DNA of 64,000 nucleotides, from contig CAWCLO010000004.1 in assembly GCA_963796455.1 (NCBI GenBank), positions 512,001 through 576,000 of the forward strand. The letters are read 5' to 3'. Positions 9,946 through 20,431 of this stretch are shown piece by piece. Numbering within the stretch: position 1 is the first letter of the stretch; the number at the start of each line of letters is the position of its first letter. The notes below the pieces were generated by a model. The model did no database searches. It saw nothing but the letters and a program-made list of their open reading frames with translations, and was not told where the DNA came from. The position numbers were made by a program, and so were the translations under genes. Origin of the DNA: Candidatus Sulfomarinibacteraceae bacterium. Its GTDB lineage: Bacteria; Acidobacteriota; Thermoanaerobaculia; Thermoanaerobaculales; Sulfomarinibacteraceae.

Positions 9946-11178
9946 ATGGCTGTGGATCACAAGCCCGTGAATCGAAGACGGTTTCTCATGTATCTGGCGA
10001 GCAGTCCGTTCCTCGCCCCGGCGCTGGCGGCCCAGGTTGACGAGCCCTTTGCCACCTTCCTCGATCGATCGGGTGGGGGAGGCCTGATCGATGACCCGGC
10101 GCATGCGCTGGATATCTTCGATCTTCAGGCCGCCGCAAAGGCAGCCCTTCCCCCGGCCCACTATGGCTACCTCGCCACCGGTGTGGATGGCGACGCCACC
10201 CTGCGGGCGAACCAGGAGGCGTTCGCGGGCCTCCAGCTCAGGCCGAAACGCCTCGTCGATGTCAGCACCATCGATATGAGCCGGACGCTCTTCGGTGAAC
10301 GCTGGGAGACGCCGATCGTCGTGGCTCCAGCCGGAAGCCAGAATGCGTTCCACGAGGACGGAGAGATTGCGACTGCGAAGGGTGCCAGGAGTCGAAAGCA
10401 CCTGCAAATCCTGTCGAGCGTGACCACGCGTTCGATCGAGGACGTCACCGCGGCGCGCGACGCGCCGGTTTGGTATCAGCTCTATCCGACTTCGAACTGG
10501 GAAATCACCAAGAAACTTTTGCGGCGTGCGGAGGCGGCGGGTTCACCCGTGGTGGTCCTCACAGTCGATCTGCACGTGGGAAGCAACCGTCTCACCGAGC
10601 AACGCCTGCGCCGGCTGGACACCCGGGACTGCAGCCAGTGTCATGGCAACGAAGCGACAAGTTTCTTTGATCGTAAACCGATGTACGACGGCACCGGGAT
10701 TACCGGTTTCGGCGAATTCGCCACACCGGGGTTGACCTGGGATTTTGTCAGAAGGGTCAAGGATTTCACGTCGATGAAGCTGGTCGTCAAGGGAATCGTC
10801 ACCGCAGAGGACGCACAGCGCTGTCTCGAGCACGGCGCCGATGGAGTCATCGTCTCGAACCACGGCGGCCGGGCCGAGGAAAGCGGCCGCGCGACAATCG
10901 AAAGCCTGCCGGAGGTTTTGGCGGCTATCGGAGGGCGGGTGCCGGTCCTGATGGATAGCGGCATCCGCAGGGGCACCGACATTTACAAGGCCCTCGCTCT
11001 AGGCGCCGACGCGATCTGTGTCGGCCGGCCATATCTCTGGGGGCTTTCTGCCTTCGGTCAATCGGGGGTTGAACGGGCCCTTGATCTACTCCGTGCCGAA
11101 CTGACGATGGTGATGGCCCAGATGGGAACGCCTGACCTTGGCGCGATCAGTCCGTCATCCGTGTTGTCAGAGGTCTAG
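9946..11178 (+). CDS. FMN-dependent alpha-hydroxy acid oxidase/dehydrogenase, Tat-exported, with CxxCH
   Basis: WYQLY, LTVD, LVVKGI, VSNHGGR, DSGIRRGTD, KALALGA, GRPYL; NRRRFL Tat motif; CSQCH at 10630-10644. Confidence 0.92.
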   Translation: MAVDHKPVNRRRFLMYLASSPFLAPALAAQVDEPFATFLDRSGGGGLIDDPAHALDIFDLQAAAKAALPPAHYGYLATGVDGDATLRANQEAFAGLQLRPKRLVDVSTIDMSRTLFGERWETPIVVAPAGSQNAFHEDGEIATAKGARSRKHLQILSSVTTRSIEDVTAARDAPVWYQLYPTSNWEITKKLLRRAEAAGSPVVVLTVDLHVGSNRLTEQRLRRLDTRDCSQCHGNEATSFFDRKPMYDGTGITGFGEFATPGLTWDFVRRVKDFTSMKLVVKGIVTAEDAQRCLEHGADGVIVSNHGGRAEESGRATIESLPEVLAAIGGRVPVLMDSGIRRGTDIYKALALGADAICVGRPYLWGLSAFGQSGVERALDLLRAELTMVMAQMGTPDLGAISPSSVLSEV

Positions 11179-11205
11179 CTGCTCTCCTCGATGGGAAGAT
11201 CCAGT

Positions 11206-12609
11206 TCACCACACAAAAGGCATCTGGAAAATACAAAAATATCCAAAAACAAAAAACGCAACGGTTAGACTTGCCCCGAAGATCCAGTGTGGTTTGAGGA
11301 TCATTTTTGCATCTTTCGATAACATTTTCGGCATCACAATGTACAAACCGGAAAAGACCCACAATGCCTGAAATGGTGTAAGAATCAATCCTTCGAGAAT
11401 AGCCGCGATCTTTACCAAAAAGACAGGTTTCAAACCGAAAGAAAAAACAATAATCATACTTGTTAAGAAAAAGAACCCGAGGAAAAAACGAAATTGCGTT
11501 TTCCACTCGAATCTTTCGTTGAATTGTGGGATACAGATTCGGAAAGAATCCGCCAACAAACGCGGCCACCCCGCGAGTTGTCCTATCTGAGTGGCGATGA
11601 GCGCGCAGGCCCCCGCGATCATGAAAAGCATTCCCCCGAAGGCCCCCCATTGAGAGGAGAATACCGTCGCCAGGGTCGTGGCGACCTCGGGTCCCTCGGG
11701 TGCCAGGTGTTTCGGTCGCAATACTCCGGAACCGGCAAACAAGAACCCAACAGTCGTGACCACCCCGATGATCATTGCGAGGCTCGCGTCGGTATAGACC
11801 ACGTGGCACCAGCCTTTGATCTTTTTTGCCGTGGCAAGGGACATTGTTCTGAGCATCTTTTCATCTGCCGGCTTTCCGTAGCCGCGTCCGGCTGTGGCGC
11901 CATATCCCGCACCAATCACCCAATAGGTGTACCAGACCTGGCTCGCAAATCCTCCGGCAGCCCAGCCTAACAAAGGCAGGATTTCGCGCCACGGGTTGGC
12001 CTGAATACCCTCGCTCTTCAAGGCCCAATCAGGAACTGCGGGAACATCGAATAAAAAGCCTTTGAGAATGGTCCCTATGCCGGGAAAAACAGTGATTGAT
12101 ACATAGAGTACACCGACCACGACAATGACGATGAAAAAGCTCATGATCAATTTGAGAAAATTGAATACGTTAAACCAGACAACAACGAGAGCAAAGATGG
12201 TCACAAACCACCCCGAAATCAGCGGCGAAATGCCGATAAGACTGTGGACAAAAATACCGGCTGCCGCAGCGATTGATCCGATGGATATTGTTGCCGCGGC
12301 GGACTGGGCCACCAGGGTTATCCAGACACCCCAGTTTTTCGGTCCGGGCACGCGAGAGATCATATCGATCATGCCCTCACCGGTGCAGACGGTGTAGCGC
12401 GCTCCGGCCATCCCGATCCAGAATTTGAGCACGATGCCGACAACGATGGCCCACAGAACCGTCGGACCAAGGATGGCGCCCACCCGTGTCGAGAGGATGA
12501 CTTCGCCCGAACCGATAAATTCCGCCGCCCAGACGATCGACGGTCCGACGACCGCCAGGATGGCCAATCCCCGGGGCGGAGTCTTTATTGAATGCCCGTC
12601 TTCCATCAA
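11206..12609 (-). CDS. Nramp-like (APC superfamily) membrane transporter
   Basis: About 11 hydrophobic segments; GPSIVWAAEFIGSGE N-terminal motif; RYTVCTGEG. Confidence 0.8.
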   Translation of the reverse strand: MMEDGHSIKTPPRGLAILAVVGPSIVWAAEFIGSGEVILSTRVGAILGPTVLWAIVVGIVLKFWIGMAGARYTVCTGEGMIDMISRVPGPKNWGVWITLVAQSAAATISIGSIAAAAGIFVHSLIGISPLISGWFVTIFALVVVWFNVFNFLKLIMSFFIVIVVVGVLYVSITVFPGIGTILKGFLFDVPAVPDWALKSEGIQANPWREILPLLGWAAGGFASQVWYTYWVIGAGYGATAGRGYGKPADEKMLRTMSLATAKKIKGWCHVVYTDASLAMIIGVVTTVGFLFAGSGVLRPKHLAPEGPEVATTLATVFSSQWGAFGGMLFMIAGACALIATQIGQLAGWPRLLADSFRICIPQFNERFEWKTQFRFFLGFFFLTSMIIVFSFGLKPVFLVKIAAILEGLILTPFQALWVFSGLYIVMPKMLSKDAKMILKPHWIFGASLTVAFFVFGYFCIFQMPFVW

Positions 12610-12707
12610 CGTCTTCTCAGCATCGATGTGGTTTGGTTTTTCATGATGTTTGGCAATCTGTTCCTTCGAGCCGGCTTCGTGGCGCAGATGAGTCTCCTCG
12701 AATTGTT

Positions 12708-15357
12708 CTATCGAGCAAATGTGTTGACGATCAGGGTCAGTGGAGCGGTCTCGTAGTCACCGACGCTCCGATTGACGAGAAAAGTCTGGCCGTCGTTCGT
12801 ATCAATGGGTTGCCGGGAAGTGCCCGATTTGAGATCTGCGCTGAAGAGCGTTTCGGGCGAGCCGATCTGAACCGGGGCGGTGTTGCTCCCGGCTCGAATC
12901 GGGACAGCCATCACCACGGTTTCGTCGGTGATGAAAAAAGCTCGCGTCCGTCGCGCCTCCAGACCGGGCCTGAACCGCCGTTCGTCGACACCCGCCATCG
13001 ATTCACCGGATCGGGGAAAGTTTGGACATAGACTTCGAAACGGCCCGTTTCGTTGGATTGAAAGGCGATCAGCTTTTCGTCCGGGGAAATGACCCCGTGC
13101 TGTTCGATGAAGGGCGTGGTGAGGAGAGGTGTCAAGGTCTCATCCTGGACAGAAAAGACACCCAAATCTCCATTTCCTCCCATCGTCGCCTCTGAATATT
13201 CGATGACGATCAGCCCGTTTTGCGACCAGGACCAGGGACCGCTGATCTTTGACTCGTCCCCGAATAACAATCGCTCATCGTCGCCACCACGCACTGAGCG
13301 AATGTGGGCGGCGCCGCCAACGATATCGCGGGTCGAATAAAAGGCGATCTGCCGTCCGTCTGGTGACCAGATGGGAATGCTTTCGTCCTGAGCGGCGGAT
13401 GTCAGACGGGTACCCGGAGCCACGCTCGATATCGTAGATCCAGATGTCGCCGCGGTTGGTGACGTCGCTCTGGTCGACGGCAACCATTGTGCCGTCCGGC
13501 GACAGCTGGGGGTTATAGAAATTACCGGAGTCACTGATCACGTCGAGATCGTGTCCCTCGCGATCGACGAGCACGAGCTCTTCACCGGCGAGGATGGTGC
13601 CGGTGCGGAATACGAGGGTGCCGTTTGCCGCGACCGAGAACATCCCGAGCCCGATGCGCGGATCGAAAAGCACATCGGGATGGAGCAGCCGAGACTCACC
13701 TTCGAGTTGGAAAGTCTCGAGGTCGAAGGCCTGCGCCCGCAGATGGCCGTCTTGCCACCACAGCAGATCACCCGAGGGCGCAAAAACGCCGGCGGAATTG
13801 GAGGCGAGAACCGATACGTCCGTCCGGCCGTCCAGGCTGCCGACTCGAAGCTCGTGTTTTTCCGCTGTCGAACCGTATATTCGCTTCAGGTACAAAAAGT
13901 GGTTCCCGTCCGGCAGAAAGGAAGGGAAAAGGTATTCGAGATCGCCTTCGCCGGACAAGATGGTGTCGCCGGATCCGCCGGTCGCCGGGATCTTCGTCAA
14001 ACCGCTCCTACTGGTGAAGGCGATGATTCCCTCGATGGCTCCAGGCGCCGCTTGCCCTCCCCGGTGCCTCGGCGAGAGTTTCGACAACGCCATTGTCGAG
14101 AGAGAGTTTTTTCAACTCGGTGTCGGCAAAGAAACCGATCGATCCGCCGTCGGGCGACCAGAAGGGGAGCCTTCCGCTCTGGGTGCCCGCAAGAGGTGTT
14201 GAAGAACCGTCCTCCAGGGAGCGCAGCCAGAGATGCTCGGAACTCTTCTCCATTCCTCGCACCGAAAACAATCTTCGAGCCGTCGGGGGAAATGGCGAAT
14301 CCGGTGCTGACCAGAAACCCGCCCGAGGCTGGAGCAGGGATGCTCGCCACGAGCCGTTGACGGGGTGCTTCGCGGATTTGACGAACCGATCCATCCCCAG
14401 ATCGCCGCGATGAGGGCGAGGCCGGCAACGGCCCACGGAAGGACCCGTCGAGCAGATGTCCGGTTGTGAGGCCGGAGTGAAGTCCTCGAAATCCGGCCCG
14501 TCGTCAGGTTCTTCGTTCAATTCGAGCCGGGCGTCGGCCATATCGTGCAACCGGTTCCGCGGGTCCTTCTGGAGACAGCGCCGGAGAAGTCGTCGAACCG
14601 AGGATGTCGTCGAGTCCGGGAGGGCATTCATATCGGGCTCTTCTTTGAGCACCGAGGCGAGGGTGTCGGAAACGGTGTCGCCTTCGAAGAGCCGCCGGCC
14701 GGTCAGCATCTGCCACAGGACGACCCCGAAAGCCCAGATGTCGGCCCGCTTGTCGACCGCCTGGCCGCGCGCTTGTTCGGGTGACATATAGGCTGCGGTG
14801 CCCAGAATCACTCCTTCGATGGTGGCGTGGCGGGTCATGGTCGGCGACAGCGAGAGGCTCTCCTCGTTGTCGTCGGTTTGCCAGGCCTTGGCCAACCCGA
14901 AGTCGAGCACCTTGACCGCACCATCCGGCCGAATCCGGATGTTCGCCGGTTTGAGGTCCCGGTGGACGATGCCCTGCGCGTGCGCCGCCTCGAGTGCGTC
15001 GGTGAGTTGCAGCGAGATGGCGACGGCGTCGTCGTACGGGACCGGCCCGCCCTCGATCACCTCGTCCAGGCCCCTGCCTTCCACCAATTCCATCACCAGG
15101 ACGTGCTGGCCGCCAAGCTGTTCCAACCCGTACAGGGTCGCGACGTTTGGGTGGTTCAATGCGGCCAGCAGCCGCGCCTCGCGTTCGAAACGGGAGAGGC
15201 GTTCGGGGTCACCCTCGACCTCCTCGGGGAGCACTTTGAGCGCCACCTCACGTCCGAGGGATGTGTCCTCGGCGCGCCACACCTCGCCCATACCGCCCTT
15301 ACCGAGCGGCGCACTGACGTGATACGCCCCGATGATCTCGCCGATTTTTAATGACAT
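12708..15357 (-). pseudogene. Ser/Thr protein kinase-TM-TolB/PD40 propeller protein, multiply frameshifted
   Basis: Kinase domain is intact ([26 protein letters not shown]). The TM segment (VLPWAVAGLALIAAIWG) and PD40 repeats (SPDG) are spread over different frames with about six shifts. True pseudogene or consensus errors. Confidence 0.7.
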
Positions 15358-15462
15358 GGAGTGGTCCTCGGGCGAGATTTTATCTCAATTAACTTGAGAA
15401 TGGTAATTATCTGGAGAAGTGAGAGTGGTTCAAACCGGAACGAATGGGTGTCGATTGTCCGG

Positions 15463-16383
15463 TCAGCGGTTCAGCCACATCACCATCGAGCGGGTGACGT
15501 ACTCGGCGGCATCGTGCTGTACGAAGTGGCCGGCGTCCGGGATCGCAATCAGGGTCAGATTGTTGTCGATCCATTCCCAGGTGTCGTTCCAGCCGGCAGG
15601 GAGGAGCGCCTTGTCCTCGAGACCAAAGATGGCCAGCACGGGACAGCTGATCGTACGGAGCGGCGCCGGACCGGTCTTCGTGGGGGAGGATGCATCCGTG
15701 GATTTCGGATAGTTGGCTTTGTAGTAGTTGAGCATCGCCTCGAAGTCGGAACGCTCGAAGGCTTCGATATAGATCTCCCGTGTCGCGTCATCGTCCACCC
15801 AACCGGCAAGGCCTGCAGCCGTCAGATCGAGATGAGCGCCCTCCTTCTGAAAATCCCGTGCGTAGCTGCTGTTGCTCTGTTGTTCTTCGTTGTTTGCGAT
15901 TTCGCGGAACAGGCCGTTCGGGTGGGGTGTCGAAAGAATGATCAGACTCTCCACGAGATCGGGTCGCCAGATTCCGACCTGCCAGGCGATCGCTCCGCCC
16001 CAGTCGTGGCCCACGACAACCGCCTTTTTCTGTGGGAAGTGTCCGATGACCGCGGCGATGTCGCCGATGAGGGTCCGCATGAGGTAGTTCTCGACTCCCG
16101 CTGGTTTGTCGCTCTTGTTGTAACCGCGGAGATCGATCGCGACGACCTGGTGATTTTCAGCCAGGGCCTTCATCTGATGACGCCAGGTGTACCAGAAGTC
16201 GGGAAAGCCGTGGATCAGGACAACCAGCGGTCCTTCGCCGGTGGTGGCGTAGTGGATTTTGACACCGTCGTGGTCTACGAATCCGTGTTCGACATCCAGC
16301 GAAGAGCCGCCGGCAGCGACGGCTGTTGATGCCAGAATGAAGCTGACAGCTACGAACGCGAAACGATCAATAATAACCCTCAC
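15463..16383 (-). CDS. Alpha/beta hydrolase, epoxide hydrolase-like, exported
   Basis: HGFPDFW, DLRGYN, GHDWGG nucleophile elbow, AGHFVQ; N-terminal signal peptide. Confidence 0.9.
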   Translation of the reverse strand: MRVIIDRFAFVAVSFILASTAVAAGGSSLDVEHGFVDHDGVKIHYATTGEGPLVVLIHGFPDFWYTWRHQMKALAENHQVVAIDLRGYNKSDKPAGVENYLMRTLIGDIAAVIGHFPQKKAVVVGHDWGGAIAWQVGIWRPDLVESLIILSTPHPNGLFREIANNEEQQSNSSYARDFQKEGAHLDLTAAGLAGWVDDDATREIYIEAFERSDFEAMLNYYKANYPKSTDASSPTKTGPAPLRTISCPVLAIFGLEDKALLPAGWNDTWEWIDNNLTLIAIPDAGHFVQHDAAEYVTRSMVMWLNR

Positions 16384-16427
16384 GAAATTTCTCCAGACGA
16401 TCTCGGTCCGTCAGAACTCAATTCTAG

Positions 16428-17046
16428 TCATTTCCTTCGCGTGCAATTCATGGTCGCGACTGCAAACCAGTTCGTGCCTCCGTCGGTCGTCCACTCCTGC
16501 TGCCAGTTGAAGGTGGTCTCGGTGATGTCGGAAAACGTGATTCGGACCAGGCGACCCTGTGCATTTTGGCCGGTCATCGTGACGGTGCCGTTTTCATCAG
16601 TCGCGGTGAAGGTGGCGAGTTTGCGGTTCGTGCGGTCGATCCAGGCCATGTGCCACAGTGCTTCTTCAGGGTGGTAAATGCGGATGTTGGTGCCCTCGAA
16701 CCGTTGAATCGGCTCCTCGCCGGGCCCGGCGTCCGTCAAGCTGATCCAGTCATCCTGAATCGCCGAGCCATCGAGAATCAGGTACCAGCGCCAGAGCGCC
16801 CGGGTCGGTTCATCCGGCCATGAGCCGTCTCGATTCCGTCTGACAATCGACGCATCCCATTCACCGACCAGTTTGCTGAATTCGCGGGTTTCCGGCAGTG
16901 CAGTGGATTGCTCCATCCCTTCTACCAATGGCTCGTCTGTGGTTGCAAGCCCTCGCTCGTCACCTTCACTGGTTTGTGAAGCCGCCGATAGCCAGCGGAA
17001 ATAACAGGGTGATCAATAGGAATGCCGCGGCAATGTGTCGATTCAT
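16428..17046 (-). CDS. Exported DUF1579-like protein (frameshift near 16985 separates the signal peptide)
   Basis: FSKLVGEWD..ILDGSAIQD..GTNIRIY..FNWQQEWTTDGGTNW. Removing one G joins the upstream MNRHIAAAFLLITLLFPLA (ATG 17046, RBS-like AGAGG) to the 16428-16928 ORF. Confidence 0.65.
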
Positions 17047-17216
17047 CAATGACCTCTATTCTGATTGTGGTGAGCTGGACTCTGTTCTTACGGTCTCAGC
17101 AATCCGATGTTTCGTTGTCTCGATGCGCCGGCCGCCGCAACCACGCGTCATGTGCAGCAGGTTGCGAGCATCGCCGACCGAACGCACGAATCGATGACCT
17201 CGCCGTACGACGGCTG

Positions 17217-17945
17217 TTACTCGGGCATCCGGAAGCGTGCGTCATCGAGATCGGGATCGAGCTCGATATCTTCGATGACGATTCTGATGGTCTCGGGCCG
17301 GTTCTCGATGTGGCTCTCGATTACGTGCGGGAAAACGAGCCCGTCCACCGCCCGGAAGTCCGAGAAGATGTCCACCAGTATCACGTCGCGACCGCGCATC
17401 CTTCGCGGGATGTCGGAGCGGACGATCTGGCGCGACGTGACATCAATGTAATCGTGGCGGACCGAACCGTTCTCGAGCGATACCTTGATCTTGAAGGCTT
17501 CGCCGCTCGCAAGCGACTCACGGCCCAGGAGCTCGACCACGTGTTCTTTCTCCCGCCAGTCGACGAGATGGCCTTCAATATCGCGCTCTTCGATGCCCAT
17601 CAGCGAATCGGTCTCGGGTGTCACCACTCGGGGCTCGAACTGACCCTCCAGAGGATCGACCTCCCAGCTGGTTTCGCCATCGTGCGCAAAGACGCTCTTG
17701 GCGCCCTGGGAGGAGAATTCCAGGCGGAAAAATCCGGGACGTTTGATTTCGTAGGTCACTCGAGCCACCCTGCCGCCGCTCGCGGTCGCGATCCCGGTTG
17801 CCCGGAACGACCGGAGCGCCTGGATCCGTTCCTGGCCGCCGCGGGCAGCGATATTCGAGTCGACGATTTCGTCAACCGGAGACGGTGACGAGCACGCCGC
17901 GAAGAGTGCGACGAGCAACGGGAGCGCTTTCAGGTACTTATTCAT
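17217..17945 (-). CDS. Lipoprotein, outer-membrane lipoprotein-sorting/LolA-like fold
   Basis: MNKYLK..LFAAC lipobox; IAARGGQERIQAL; FSDFRAVDGLVFPH; ends LDDARFRMPE. ATGA overlap with the upstream gene. Confidence 0.75.
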   Translation of the reverse strand: MNKYLKALPLLVALFAACSSPSPVDEIVDSNIAARGGQERIQALRSFRATGIATASGGRVARVTYEIKRPGFFRLEFSSQGAKSVFAHDGETSWEVDPLEGQFEPRVVTPETDSLMGIEERDIEGHLVDWREKEHVVELLGRESLASGEAFKIKVSLENGSVRHDYIDVTSRQIVRSDIPRRMRGRDVILVDIFSDFRAVDGLVFPHVIESHIENRPETIRIVIEDIELDPDLDDARFRMPE

Positions 17946-18637
17946 GGGTTGCTCCCATCTGCCGGCCATACAGTGATCCCCGGCCGCGGCCAGTACCCTG
18001 GCCCGGATCCCCAGCCCCAGGAGACCGAATTGCGGTTCCGAGATGCCTCGCGTTCGGCTTCCGCCCGCTGCTTGTCGGCCTTCTGTTCGGCTTCGATCTC
18101 CTGGATCTTCGCTTCATTCGCCTGACGCTCCGCGGTTTCGCGGGTCTGCCGCTCGGCGAGAATCGACTGTCGTTCGGCCGGCGTCATCCACTGGCCCTCG
18201 AATTCGACATAGCCCTGTGCACGATAGCTCTCCTCTTCAGAGACCCATTTCCCGTTGACTTGGACTCGGCCGAGGGCGCGGTTTGCTTCGGGATCGTCGG
18301 GCAGGATCGCGACCACCTGAGCGTAGGCCTTCAGTGCCTGGCTCGAAAGTGCCCGGTTCGTGGCCCAAAGAGCCAACTCCCGCCACGCTTCCGCATCGCC
18401 TTCCGGAATGCTCGCGGCGCGCTCCCGATATTCCTGGAGTGGCGAGACGCTCTGTTCAATACGGACAACGCTCGACATCCGCGCCGACATCGTGCCTCCG
18501 CCACCTACATCGACGGTCACTGAATCGTCCGTTTGCTCGATGATCACGCCGGTGATCTGACCGCCCCCACGTAAGAAGACGTCATCCGCAAAGGCGGGAG
18601 AGGCTACCAGTGCGATGACCACGATTGCTCGCTTCAC
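17942..18637 (-). CDS. Secreted hypothetical protein with a TPR-like segment
   Basis: GTG start (MKRAIVVIALVASPAFA); DDVFLRGGGQITG; LALWA..DPEANRALG..GKWV..GYVEFEGQWM. Confidence 0.7.
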   Translation of the reverse strand: MKRAIVVIALVASPAFADDVFLRGGGQITGVIIEQTDDSVTVDVGGGGTMSARMSSVVRIEQSVSPLQEYRERAASIPEGDAEAWRELALWATNRALSSQALKAYAQVVAILPDDPEANRALGRVQVNGKWVSEEESYRAQGYVEFEGQWMTPAERQSILAERQTRETAERQANEAKIQEIEAEQKADKQRAEAEREASRNRNSVSWGWGSGPGYWPRPGITVWPADGSNP

Positions 18638-18876
18638 TCCTTCCTCCCTCTCACCGGCCATCGCCTACGGCCGCTGCTGACACTGCATCAAGGACCTTTG
18701 TTTCGGTTGCCATGACGGGAGTGTAGCACCGCTGCGATTCGGGAAGGTGAGTGCCAAATTCAAGGTCTTGATGGCCTTTATGCCGGTTGTTTTTGCATCC
18801 AGGGTGTCGACCTGCTGGTGATGTTTCGTCTTCGGCACGGACCGCCGGGTATACTCCGTTTCACTGGGGGTGGGCC

Positions 18877-20367
18877 ATGAGAACATCGCGTCGATCGATT
18901 TCATTTTGGCTGGTTTTCGGCCTTGTCGTGCTCTCCGGATCCGTGGATGTGCCGGCTCAGGAAATGCCATCCGAGGTCGCGGGTTGGATCGAAGAAAACG
19001 TGCCGCTGGCCATGGAAGACGCCCACATGCCGGGGTTCAGCATCGCTGTGGTCAAGGATGGAGAGACCATCTATTCCGAAGGATTCGGTCTCCGCGACAC
19101 CGGGAAGATCCTCCCCGCGACGGCGGACACCCTCTATGGAATCGGCAGTATCACCAAGAGCTTTGTGGCCATCGCGATCATGCAGCTTGTCGAAGCTGGA
19201 GAGATCAGCCTCGATGATCCGGTCAGCAAACACATCCCCTTCGAGCTCGGGATGCCGGGCGACCCCATCACGATTCACCACCTGCTGACCCACAGCCTCG
19301 GAATCCCGAGCCTTGCCACTTCGACGGTCGCCATCTCGCGCGGACTCGGCATGGACACCGGGGTGCCGCTGGGGAGCGCGGATGACTTCTATCGATTGGT
19401 CAACGGCGCCGAGGACGAGATCGTTGCCCGTCCAGGCGAGCGCTTCTTCTACCACAATGCGGCCTGGAGGATGCTCGGGGCCGTCATCCAGGAAACAGCC
19501 GGGATGCCGTTCCATCAATATCTGAAGGAAAAAGTGATCGATCCGCTGGGGATGCAACGGACGACGCTGAGCCTGACCGCTTTCAACGCCGATCCCGATC
19601 ACATCCTGCCGCACCTCAAGATGGGTGATGAGGTGGAAGCCTCGGTGTTTCCTTATCCGAATCCTGACGACAACCCCGACTTCAGCTTCATCACGGCTGC
19701 CGGAGGGATCGTCAGTTCGGCCAACGAGATGACGAAATACCTCAATGCCCAGATCGATAAGGGCAAGACCGAGACGGGTCGCCTCGCGAGCGAGCAGGCC
19801 TTCGAGACGATGCAGCAGTTGCACATTGACAGAACTGACGGCTACTACGGTGAATACGGCTATGGATATGGCCTCGGCATCACTCCCGACTTTCTCGGTC
19901 ACAAAATGGTGGGTCATGGAGGATCCATCGCAGTCTCGACGGCATACATGGCCTTCATTCCCGATCTCGAGATCGGGGTCGTGATGATGGGCAACAGTTC
20001 GGGCATGAACTACTCGATCATCGCCGAATCGGTGCTCGCCATGCTCATGGACAAAGATCCGGCTGAGGTGCTCCCGGCGATTCAAATTCGCGAACGGATG
20101 CAACGCCTCACCGGGGACTACGAGGTCTACCGCGGGCTCGAAAAGGCGAGGGTCATCAACAGGAGAGGCCTTTTGTATCTGGAGCAGACGAACCGAAGAA
20201 CCGGCAAAACCAGCGCGACGCCGCTGATCCCGGAGGACCCGATGCTGGGCTCAACTGATTTCTACCTGCTCGGCAACGGCATCAAATCTCCCGTCGAGTT
20301 CGCGATCCGCGACGACGACACGATCGTCCTTTGCATTGGGAGATACTGCTACCACAAGGTCGATTGA
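18877..20367 (+). CDS. Class C beta-lactamase-family serine hydrolase, exported
   Basis: GSITK (SxxK), LLTHSLG, YHN, GHGG; signal peptide from MRTSRR at 18877. Confidence 0.9.
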   Translation: MRTSRRSISFWLVFGLVVLSGSVDVPAQEMPSEVAGWIEENVPLAMEDAHMPGFSIAVVKDGETIYSEGFGLRDTGKILPATADTLYGIGSITKSFVAIAIMQLVEAGEISLDDPVSKHIPFELGMPGDPITIHHLLTHSLGIPSLATSTVAISRGLGMDTGVPLGSADDFYRLVNGAEDEIVARPGERFFYHNAAWRMLGAVIQETAGMPFHQYLKEKVIDPLGMQRTTLSLTAFNADPDHILPHLKMGDEVEASVFPYPNPDDNPDFSFITAAGGIVSSANEMTKYLNAQIDKGKTETGRLASEQAFETMQQLHIDRTDGYYGEYGYGYGLGITPDFLGHKMVGHGGSIAVSTAYMAFIPDLEIGVVMMGNSSGMNYSIIAESVLAMLMDKDPAEVLPAIQIRERMQRLTGDYEVYRGLEKARVINRRGLLYLEQTNRRTGKTSATPLIPEDPMLGSTDFYLLGNGIKSPVEFAIRDDDTIVLCIGRYCYHKVD

Positions 20368-20431
20368 TGGATGGATGAGTCTCGCAGACGCATTCTATTG
20401 TGAGATGTAGAATGCGGGGAGGGGGCTCAAT

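Noticed and set aside
9751..10407. N-terminal extension of the serine hydrolase to 815 aa
   Set aside because: Overlaps the divergent oxidase gene; the lipoprotein signal starts at 9750.
18716..18762. tRNA-like GGGAGTGTAGC and cobalamin-riboswitch-like GGGAAGGTG
   Set aside because: No cloverleaf or T-loop, and no B12-box.
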